64,000 bases of DNA from Oikopleura dioica (Eukaryota > Animalia > Chordata): positions 310,001-374,000 of the forward strand of contig OU015566.1 in assembly GCA_907165135.1 (NCBI GenBank), given 5' to 3'. A program made the translations under genes and the position numbers. The notes beneath the pieces were generated by a model. The model saw only the letters and a program-made list of their open reading frames with translations, was not told where the DNA came from and did no database searches. Below are positions 35,701 through 46,017 of the stretch, in pieces. Position 1 is the first letter of the stretch; each line of letters opens with the position of its first letter.

Positions 35701-37534
35701 TTAATGTAAGTTCTGGATATTTTGTCTCGCACGATTTGCGCAAAAATGTCCAAGAATTTGATGCATTGCCAGAAAAAAATGTCCTATCCAAATCGCTTAA
35801 ATTATTTTATCTTCTTTCAGAAACCTGTTTCATTTCTTATTCCTCCTTCTCAAGAACAAAATAAAGTTCTCGTGGCTTTTGTGTAACCTTCAATCTCAAC
35901 AAGAGCTTTTCAAAAGTGTCGCGAGAAAACCTCTTAAAATTGTCCAGAATTTCCATAAATAATTGTTATATAATCTCATAAAAAATAGAAATATTTCGTG
36001 ACCTGTTGAAGCCACCAATTGCAATACAGCCCCAAGCTGATGAGAATCAAAATAAAAGCCAGGAAGAATCTGAGACTGCCAAAGAAAGTTCTGCACCAGT
36101 TCGACAATCAATCATCATCAATGTTCAGCAAAATGTTGGCTGGGCACCTGAGCCAGAAAATATTCCAGAAGATCTTCCTTATGGACTCGAGTATCTGTAT
36201 AACGTGAAAAAACTGACTATCGAGCAACAAGTTGAAGCTTTTGAGACTTACTCTGGCTTCGAAACAGCTAATCAATACAAGGCAAGTGTTTTTATTCACG
36301 ACTTATAAGGGTGAAGTAGGGTTACCGTTAAAAACCTTTTATGAGCAAAAAATTTATCGCGGAAAATATGGCATGCGTCTTTATTTAAATTATTTTAATA
36401 ATTTTGTTGACGAAAAGATAATTGAAAGTTTCGATTTTACACTACGTCTCAGGCAGTTATCCGCATAGACCGAGAGATAGAAGTGTATTAATGGATAATT
36501 TTAATAAGATTGCTTCACTTTACCTTATTGGCCGTTAGCAATGGCTGATTAAGGACCTCCCCCGTCAGCTTTTTCCTTCGAAAAGCTTAAAATTTTCAAA
36601 AAACCATGCAAGAGCCATTCGGTTCTCAATGCGTCCTCAGGTTAACCTTCACAAACTTGAGAGAAGGAATTCTTGACAAATAAAAATCAATATTTTTGCC
36701 AAAATTAGGGCAAATTCGTCAATTTTCGGAGATAAGTCTAACTTTTAAATGCCATTTTGGAGTCGAGATAGACCCCAAAAAATCGAAGCCTCAATATCGT
36801 TTTTTGACCTGTATTATTCATTTCAAAGGTAAAAATTTTTAAATTCCAAAATCTGATTCTTCGAAAAAACTGACGGGGGTCCTTAAGACAGAATCCGAAA
36901 AATAACTTTTTTGGTTTCGCCCCAAGAGTTCGAAATTTCGGGAACCCTCGACTCGCCGGGACTTTCGGGTACCCTCCCAATCCCTGGGCAAAATCGAAAA
37001 CCCAGGGATTCGGAGGGTCAAATCCAAAGTGTTCTAGAAAAAGCTTTTAGCTGTTTTAAATCAGATTCATTGATTAGTTTTCTCTAAAAATTTGTTAGGG
37101 TTGAAAGCAAAACAACTTTAGCATACTTATTAAATGTTCTAAATGTAATATTGGTGACTCACAAATTGTGAGCATATACTATTGATGAAATTGAAATGAT
37201 TTTAAAAATACTTTTTGCTTTCATTCAATTTTCTTCTTTTAAGGGTTAGTGTTTAATCAAATATGACATACAAGCTATCTTATAAAATGCGTAATTTTTG
37301 ATATATTTTGAAAAATGATAAATTAAAGATGTTTTTTGATCATTTGTAGGGGTTTTCTAGAACATCACCCTCCGAATCCCTGGACTTTCGCCAAAAACCC
37401 AGGGATTCGGAGGGTGCCCAGGGATTCGGAGGGTCACCCGGGACTTTCCATATTTTTTCCCGGCGAGTCGAGGGTGTTCTAGAGATTGCTAGAATCGCCA
37501 ATTATACCCATTATTAACGCTTAAATATTGTATA

Positions 37535-37576
<42 letters not shown>

Positions 37577-39430
37577 TTAATCATTCCTTATCAAATATTT
37601 CCCAGAGAAAAGGTAAAGTAAGAGCTATTGTTTTGGTTTATGGTTAGGGTTTAGGAAAATTGTCGAGGAATTGTGCTTAGCGATAAGTGATAGGGTTAGG
37701 CTAATTGACCCTCGACTCGCCGGGATTCTGTCTGCATATTTTTTCCCTGCGAGTCGAGGGTCAGGCGAAAATCGCGGCGAGTCGAGGGTCTCCCCGAAAT
37801 TTTCTGGCAGTAATGTCACGACTGCCACTGACAGCTTCCAAAGATATTTTGTTTTCTTTCTAGAATGACAAAGAAAAAAAACGTCAATGATCAAATTTTT
37901 CTCCCGAGACCAAATTTATTCCGTTTCTCTTCTCAAAAGAGACATTTATATTTCAAATAATGTTTATTTTATATGTTAAACTTGTCAAAAAGACTGCGTT
38001 CAACCTAGTTTGATCTTAAAAAATTGTATAAATACTTTTAAAATTGGAATTTTTTGACAGTCAGCTGCCGATTTTGGCAGTAACTTGGCAGTGGTAGTCG
38101 CTATTTTCTTTCAGATTTTTAACTCTGTTTGCCCCAATAATACATATTTTTGAAAATTTTGGTAACAATGATTTTTTCTCCAAATATAAGTAAATCAATT
38201 AATACTGTATTCTTTGAAACGCTTTCATTTTTTCCGTCTTTCGGAAAAGACTTTTTTCAAATCAGTTTTTAGATCAAAAACAGTAAAGGTGATCAAGTTT
38301 TTTATGCTGGAGAAAAAAGTGGGTTCTGTGCAAGAAACTGTTGCGGAGCAAACCGAGATTTCGACATGGCTATTACAAACAATCATGGAGAAGAAATTGC
38401 CAGATTCGTTCGACCTTTTAAGCCTCAAGTGAGATGTGGCTTGATTTATTCGCCATTGTTTCTTCAAAAAATGGGTATGTCACAAACGTGTTTTTCAATT
38501 CAAACAAAAAAAAAACAAAATTTTTCATTTAACAGGCGCCTGATTTTAGATTAAACATTATCTTTCAACATTTCTAAATCAAACCGGGCCAAGGACCTTG
38601 GCCAAAGGTATAGTGTGTTGCGCAGGTAATGTGACTCTTAAGGGTAGAAGAGGATCCTTGCGCGCGCCCCTTTGACGCTATTTCTCATCCTCAGAGAATC
38701 TGATGGGATTATTATGCACCAAAATTTGTTTTTGAAAGGTATACTCAAACTAAGTAAGTAGTACTACTAAGTAATATTTTTAAAATTTTGATTTTCGTAA
38801 TTTGAAATAAAAAAGTAAATACATAACTAACATACACAGTTAATTTATACTGAAAGAATTTTGTTGCAAAAAGATTCAGTTTTTAAAAAAAATTCCCAAT
38901 CCAAATTATTCAGGTAACTAATTGACATTTATCATTAGATATTTTAACAAATGGAAATATTGTTGGGAAAATCCGTCAAGTTGCTGATTTGTCAAAGCCG
39001 ATTTTTTCCATTCAAACCGCAGACGATCAAGAAGTTCTTCGACTAACTGGCCCGGCTTTGTCATTCGCCTGCTGTGGCGATCTTGAGTTTGAAGTCTCCA
39101 CTGCTGATGGCGTTGTTGTTGGTAAAGTTTCAAAGAAATGGGAAGACACTGGCGGAGAATTTTTGAAAGAGATTTACACAGATGCGGACAAGTTTGGAGT
39201 CACTTTTCCGGTCGATTTGGATGTCAATGTCAAGCTTTCTCTTCTTGGCTGCGTTTTCCTCCTTGTAAGGCGAAATTCTTTTGATGAAAATAAAATGTTT
39301 TTAGGATTTCATGTTTTTTGAAGATTCTTGCAAATGGACTTCTCACGCAAAAGATGAGGAAGAAGGAAGCGGCAGCTCAAAGCTAGACTTCCTCATGTGC
39401 ATATGCGACTTTATGTGTAGCGATGACTGA
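32773..39430 (+). CDS. PLSCR: Phospholipid scramblase (PLSCR family) with a long Pro/Gln/Gly/Tyr-rich N-terminus
   Basis: Exons 32773/32785-32929, 34925-35451, 36012-36281, 38273-38474, 38939-39264, 39305-39430. Motifs GLEYLYNVKKLTIEQQVEAFETYSGFETANQYK|IKN, CARNCCGANRDF, ACCGDLEFEV, GKVSKKW, YTDADKFGVTFPVDLDVNVKLSLLGCVFLL|DFMFFE align with PLSCR. Intron 1 is modelled as GA-AG and intron 3 as GC-AG. The exon 2/3 junction is less certain. Confidence 0.93.
34420..34667. mobile_element. Hairpin MITE in PLSCR intron 1
   Basis: CAATTTCAGGAGTTAAGAAGATTT ... AAATCTTCTTAACTCCTGAAATTG; arms ~100 bp. Confidence 0.75.
34925..35420 (+). repeat. Coding tandem repeat (PQPGYAPAPQVDAYGQPIPQQAPV-like units)
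   Basis: Repeated CCTCAACCTGGATATGCACCTGCTCCTCAAGTCGATGCGTATGGGCAACC within PLSCR exon 2. Confidence 0.85.
37531..37574. repeat. (TA)n microsatellite
   Basis: Directly visible. Confidence 0.95.
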
Positions 39431-39749
39431 TTATAAATCATTTTGCTGCGAGAAAATACACTGTTATCATTTTCAATATGCGGTCTCGAATTTTTCACAT
39501 TCTTTTTGATGGAATTTAAAGATTTTGGAATTCATTTTTTTCCCGTAGAAAATTAAATTTGCGAGTCATTTTCGGCGTAAAAGAAAGAGGTTTTGTCAAA
39601 AAAATCAAATTATGAATTTTCTGCAAATTATCAAAACGAGAGACATTATTCTTCTACATTACGTTTCTTTTATAAAGTCGACATGTTAAACAAATCTTTT
39701 GATCTTAGTTTGTCCTTCTAAATATCTATACCTCGGATACCTGATTTAA

Positions 39750-40129
39750 GGGGGGGGGGGTCGACGAGAATCGGGATTTCCGTGACCAAAAATGCGGGAA
39801 AACCTGAGTAGATAGGGAAAATCTGATTTTATTGGGGGATAGAAAAGGGTTGAAAAAATCAGGCGGCGAAAACTAGAAAAAATTCTGACCAGAAAAAATC
39901 GGTCAAAAATCCCCTCAAAGTAGGGCCATTTTCGCGAAAAAGCACTATAAATGGTCAATTTCTTTACAATTTTGTTCATTTCACCCCCTAAATCTAATTT
40001 TTATCAAATGATTTTAGGCTCAACAGATTCAGGAGGATCTGTAGATTCCAAAAATATAAGATTCGTATTCAGACTATGAGTATAAGCGAAATTACGATCT
40101 CGCCGGAAAAAATTCTCGTCGACCCCCCC
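39750..40129. mobile_element. Kolobok-like MITE
   Basis: TTAA|GGGGGG..TCGACGAGAAT ... ATTCTCGTCGACCCCCCC|TTAA. A truncated copy lies at ~24640-24990. Confidence 0.85.
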
Positions 40130-40433
40130 TTAAGGCACCCCAATTTAAGGCACAAATTTGCTTACTCCTGCAACCATCGAACTCTAATTTAAGGCATATT
40201 ATATCATATTATTTATATGCCGCATATATTTTCGGTGATTAGATTCCTCAAGGGTCTTGTTATTTGGATCGCATGGTCTTTGGACTTCAAAAACTAATCC
40301 AGAGGTATTTTATGGGGCCTACATCCAGAGGTATTAGCGTCTACCCGACGCTGCTCGGCACTCCCTTCCATGCCTTTTGCAACAAAAAAAGATGTTTTGT
40401 TCTCATTCGAAATTGTCTACTCTTAGATGAGAG

Positions 40434-40886
40434 CAGAGTTCGAAATCTGAAAGAAAATGGCGACTGCCACTGCCAAGCGACTGCCAACTTTTTTTAAATG
40501 GCGACTGCCACTGCTAAGTGACTGCCAAATACTGCCGATTTCGATACTATTTTTAAAAATTTTTAAACACAAACTAAGTTCAAAACAGTCTTTTCGACAA
40601 GTTAAACATATAAAAGAGACGATATCTGAGATTTAAATGTCTCTTCTGATTAAAAAAATTGAATAAAACAGGTTTCGGGAGCGAATTTGAATCATAAGCG
40701 TTGTTTTTTGTGGTTCTAGAAAGAAAACTTTAGAAAGAAATTAATATCTTTCGAAGTGGCAGTCGGTTGGCAGCTGCCAGTAACTGCCAGCACTTGAAAA
40801 ATGTAACTGCCACTGCCAAGTGACTGCCGAAATTGGCAGCTGCCAGTGGCAGTCGTGGCAGTACTGCCAACAAATTTCGAACTCTG
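40434..40886. mobile_element. hAT-like MITE inserted in a Penelope-like terminal fragment
   Basis: Perfect TSD GATGAGAG. The empty site is visible in the related copy at ~50705-50780. Confidence 0.9.
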
Positions 40887-40934
40887 GATGAGAGTATTCT
40901 TCTTTTTCTGAGCTGTAAAGTTTATTCTGTACTA

Positions 40935-40972
40935 GGGCTGGTGAAGGCACTTTTGTAGACGAAACGCGTCCC
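40935..40972 (+). ncRNA. Degenerate Penelope-type hammerhead motif
   Basis: GGG-CUGGUGA-A-GGCACUUUUGUAGAC-GAAACGCGUC-CCAAUAAA. Core A6 is changed to G and stem II is broken relative to the 50.8-kb copy. Confidence 0.55.
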
Positions 40973-41400
40973 CAATAAAAAACGTATCTATCAATAAGGA
41001 GAAACGCCGTTTAGAGACACGAAAAAAAGCATAATTTGGCAAAAATTTTATTTTTATACCGTCAACTCCCCACTTCCTTAAATCAGGTATCCGAGGTATA
41101 AGGAATCGAAATTCTATAAAAATAATTGCGGTTGTTATTTCAAAAAGCTAGCAATCATTTGGCTTTCCGCATCATACAGCGTTTTCTGGATAATTTATTT
41201 GCTGAAAATTATAGTGAATTTAGGGATCCCCCTGTTTTTCAAGTACTTGATGAGGGTCTATATTTGATATTTTTAGATTCCTCGTGCTCTGAGGATCATT
41301 TTGATGTATAATATTACCTCTTTACGAACATCTTTCCTCAAAATATTAGCCTTCAAAAATTTCGAAAATGCATGGAAATTGTACTTAGCTCATTTATTGG

Positions 41401-41439
41401 CAGCGACTAGTTTCGGAGATAGATTCCTTCGTCAGGCTA
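41401..41439 (-). ncRNA. Penelope-type minimal hammerhead ribozyme (appears intact)
   Basis: Minus strand: UAGC-CUGACGA-A-GGA(AUCUAUC)UCC-GAAACUAGUC|GCUG-CCAAUAAA. Stem I is UAGC/GCUG, stem III is the palindrome ACUAGU, and the cleavage triplet is GUC. Confidence 0.75.
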
Positions 41440-43607
41440 TAAGGTCAATGAACAGTTAACCCAGAAACAAGATGTTACCTCTGAGAAGCGAAAAGCGCGT
41501 CTGAGTAACAAGCGAGATTACAAAACGAGATATTTGAGCGTAACAGAAATTGCAAAAGGGGCGCCAAGGATGCACAGTTAGCGTACAATGCAAGAATACT
41601 TCTAAGTGTGTCAGCTAGATGTCCCTTTCTAGAACTGTTTACTTTTACTTTTTGAAGCGCAACAAATAGTCAGTTATGAATTTTTACAACGGCTACCAGG
41701 GTTTGTGAATAAGGGATTGACTGAAATTTTGAAATTTTGAAGAAAATCAGTAATCCCGCTCCCTCCGTGCTCCCAAAAAAGGGAGCTCCCAATTTTACTC
41801 CTTTTTTTCAAATTTCAATATTTGATTTAGTTTTTCATTTTATTTATTATATTCACAGTGGCAACATCATCGTTCAAAATTCATCATCAAGGGTTCAAAA
41901 TTTGCTGTTTTCTCTGTTCACTCTGTGAATTTCACGGTGAACGGAGATTTCGAATTGCTGTTCACTCTAGAGTAGGGATCGGGAAAAATTATTGGCATGA
42001 AAAGTGTACAGCGATTTGAAAAAGCAAGTGAGCAGTGAACTATTCACTCTGTTCACTCGACTTGTTTTGCCAAATTTACTTTGTCATCGATAATTTGAGT
42101 CAAAATTTTTGACTCCGAAACTCGGCAGAAGATTGCTGTGAAAAAGCAACAATTGTGTTCTAGAATGTATTTTTGCGAAAAAAATGTAACGAGAGTACAT
42201 CTGTTAATATGATCTAACGAAAGAGACGATTTTTTATCCTCTCATTTTTTTAACCGTCTCTTTTTAATAATAAGAAAGCTATTTTGCTTCGAAAATCTTA
42301 GTTAACCAAAAAAAATTTTTGTCTGATTTCGTGCAGAGTGAACTGTTCAATCTATTCACTTGATTGAACACTGAACAGGACTTTCGAATCCCTGTTCACT
42401 CAAGAATGAAAAGTAAACAGTATTTTGAGATTGCTGTTCATCTCAGAGTGAACAGTGAAGGGGGGTTTCGGCGGATTTCGAACCCTGATCGGTTTATTGG
42501 ATGAGCAGACTTCAACGATTTCTTCTTTGCATTTATTCTTTTGAAATTATGAATTTCAATGAAGATGATTTTTAATTTTTATTTGAATAAAATTTTCAAA
42601 GAAACATTTTAAAATATATCGAATCATATAATAACGTCTTTTTTTTGTATAAATTCGTGCGGGCGTTGCATCTATTTTCATAATTATGTCCATAATCTGA
42701 GATTTTATTTTTTTTTAAATTATAAGAAAGAAACAAGCGGTTAAATCCTTCAACCTTTCGGGATCCCGAATGTTTTTGTCTTCAAACCGGGGACGCTCGA
42801 TTTGTGTACCAAATTTTTTTGGTATTCGAATACCAATTTTTGGTATTCCAATACCAAATTTTTTTTACCAGATCATAGTTTTTCCTTCAAAAAACTAGTA
42901 AACCACTTCTAAAGTTTCCTTCATGACAGGCGCGGAGCGCATAGGGTCTCTTTAGGTGTATCAAATTTGGACTTTTTGACGAAATTTGGTATTCGAATAC
43001 CAATTTTGGTATTTGAATACCAAATTTCGTCCCAAAGTGTCTCCCCTTCAAACCTTTCGGGGATGATTTTCAATAGTTTCTATCCCAGAAAATATTTGAA
43101 GCCAAACAGTAACGTCAAAGTACATATTTATTGAAGAAAATGGAGGCGCGAAGGAAAAAAAATAATTAACTCGAAAAAAATGGATCTCATAAAGTTCTCT
43201 GTAAAACAGGCGCGGAGCGCAAACATTCTCTTTTACTACAAATTCAATATTTATAAATGGTCTGGCCTTCTTAGACCATCGAATTTGACGAAGGAAGATA
43301 GAGTTATCATTTTTGATTAGTAAAATGACCTAATTCTGCATTTATGCCACTTTTTTTAACGTTATCCTCAACAAAACTCCCGAAAGATTCGGGCGATCCC
43401 GAAAGTTTCGGGAAATCCCGAAAGATTCGGGATCCCGAAAGGTTGGAAGTGACAACCGAAACAAGCTAAATCAGTTTCTTCCAATTCATTCATTTCTGGT
43501 CACTCGTCTGGGATTGACACTAGGTTCATGTTCGAGTTAAGGTTTCGGACTCTCTTTTGGTTAGGGTTAAGGTTTCACTTCGGGCATTCTATTGATCAAA
43601 AGATGGC

Positions 43608-45254
43608 GTGATTCTAGCACCCTTATTCGGCAATCCTGGCGGCAACAATAATGAAGACAGGAACCATCAGTGTTCGTCGGGTCTTCAGCAAGCTTCCAAT
43701 GCAGCAGTAGAGGATCATTTTGGAGGGCAAGAGAGGTCGCAATGTAGTGGTCTTCCTGCATCTCACCAAGGTCAACCTGGAAATCAACAGTATCCTCCTA
43801 TTGGAGAAATTTCACCTACTCTCTATTCGAGTTATGCAATTCCTTCAATAAGCGCGGTTGGTAGTGTTATGGGGCCTGTTCGTGTTCTCGATGAATATGT
43901 TTTACAAGACTTGCAAAAGCTTTTCAGGTTCACCGGTTTCGAATTGGGCTTCAAATAGCTTAAAAATTGTTCGAAACCAAACTAAGATCACCAATACGCG
44001 CTGATATAGATGAACGAAGAGCGATTCTTCGACAATATATTCAAGTCTTAAAGAGCCGTGATATCAAAATTCGAGAAACTTACCAAGAAGACGGAGCAGG
44101 AGACAATCCTCGCTCTGTGACAGTTTACGTGCCAACCAAGTTACCCCTGACCGCTGAAAATTTCGCAAAGGGAAACCCTGAATTTGTTTATTATTTTATA
44201 AAGCATGTTCTTCCGGGTAAACTTATTTATTATTATTCGGTTTCAATTTAATTTAGGCGGACCCAAATATATCAATTATGGCTGCTGTCCGCATCCATTT
44301 GATAACCGATTATATCGATATCCAGTCATCTCAACTGGATGCGGCTACAAATCTGGCTGGAATGAAAACATGCCTCTTTCAGAAGAAGACGAAATGCTGA
44401 TGGAATGCGTAAGCGATTCAATCGGAAATTTATACTTATGAAATGTTTAAGACTGGTTGGAATCAAGCTCAACTTTGGGAAGGGATGAAAAGAGTTCAAT
44501 CAGCATGTAGGTTTTAATTTTCATAGTTAGAAATTGCGACAGTTGAAAATGTCATGAGTGTCAAAAGAACATGTTTCTTTTGATGATTTATCACTAGGCC
44601 TCGGACGTAAAAAAGACGATTTTCACCATCCGGTCATCGTCCGGGAACATGAGAGGGCTCATTCGAAAGGTTTTGATAAGGGCTTTCTATTTGTCCGATA
44701 AAAAAACTGGACCCTCCCTTTCTGTTACGAGTTATTATGAAAAATATTTTTCGAAGCTTACCTTCAAAATCAAATATCTCGAAAAAGAAGGACAGGGCCC
44801 ATTTTTTTATAAGACCAACAGAAAGCCCTGTTCAAGAGCTTTCGAATGAGCCTACTCTTGTTACCGTACGACGACCGGCTGGTGGTGATGATTTTTTACG
44901 TCCGAGGCCTATTTATCACCATCATTTCGATTTTTAACAAATTAATCAATTTCTTTAGTTTTTTTTGTTTATTATTATTACCGCTTAATTCCTTTTTTTA
45001 TAACGGACCCCCTCAGCTTCTTTCAAAAAATCAAATTTCGAAATCTTTAAAAACCGAAAATATGGTGAAAAAGATGATTTGGGGGTTCCTTAAATTCAAA
45101 ATATTCGTGAAGGTCATAAAATGAGTTTTCAGTGGATTCAAGTCATTGCTGTGCACTCTATTTCAAACTTGTCGTCTGCGCGTTCATCTTGTTCTTTTTC
45201 GTTATGGCGTTCATTGACCCTACTCATCCTTTTCATGATGCTCTTGCTGGCTAA
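43608..45254 (+). CDS. Uncharacterised tail-anchored protein, paralogue P2 (5' end unresolved)
   Basis: Exons ~43603-43927, 43987-44216, 44257-44408, 44452-44506, 45133-45254, all GT-AG and phase-consistent. Peptide ...LQKLFR|SPIRADIDERRAILRQYIQVLKSRDIKI...LPLTAENFAKGNPEFVYYFIKHVLPG|GPKYINYGCCPHPFDNRLYRYP...WNENMPLSEEDEMLMEC|TGWNQAQLWKGMKRVQSA|LDSSHCCALYFKLVVCAFILFFFVMAFIDPTHPFHDALAG*. Confidence 0.85.
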
Positions 45255-46017
45255 AAATCAGATGAACTGCTACTTGAGTCAATAAATGATTATTATCTTT
45301 TCTTAATAACATCGAAATAAAATGAGAGTGCAGTCACTCAAAATGAAATCGCGGTATATGATTCAGTGACGACGTGATTAAGACTTTATTTTCTGATACA
45401 ACCTTACGTTCACAAACGGGAAATTCAACCAACTATCGGGGGGCGGTCAGCCGTTACAAAAGTGGAATTGGTACAGCGGGTACAAATTTTGTACCCCCGG
45501 TACAAGGAGTCGTAATTTTTTTGAAAATAAATACCGATTTCTACCCATTATAATGCGAATTTTCGGACAGAACTCCACCTCAGCTATACCAGTAAGGGGT
45601 TTCCTTCAATTCTAGCGCGAACCTCAAACTAATTCTTTGATTTTATTTCTGGTCTGTACCGGCGGTACAAAAATTTTTGTACCGACATTATTAATTTGTA
45701 CCGTCGCCACCCCACACTTTAACTATCTGGCAAAAGGGTTAAAAAATTATAAAACCTCTGTTCACTTTTCACTCTCTTTACTCTGTCCAAAACCGAAAAA
45801 AAAATTTTTTTTGGAATATTTTTTAAGTTAACCTATTTTTTTTAAGTTAATGCAAACTATTAAGTCTGAAAAGAGATGTTTTACGCAGTGACAGGATAAA
45901 AAATCGTCTCTTCTGATAATTCTTAGATTTAATTGTATACTTTTTTTGAAGTTTGCTGATCTCTAGAATGTGTGCAGAGAATGTTGTGAAAATGGTAAAC
46001 GCAATCAGTTACAAGTT

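Noticed and set aside
35821-35990. Possible extra PLSCR exon after TTCTTTCAG
   Set aside because: Its phase does not match the exon 2 donors. The direct join QSL|PPIAIQP is simpler, but it cannot be excluded without cDNA.
43550-43572. TTAGGG-like units (also at 58770-58885) as interstitial telomere
   Set aside because: Only one to three imperfect units, embedded in MITE sequence.
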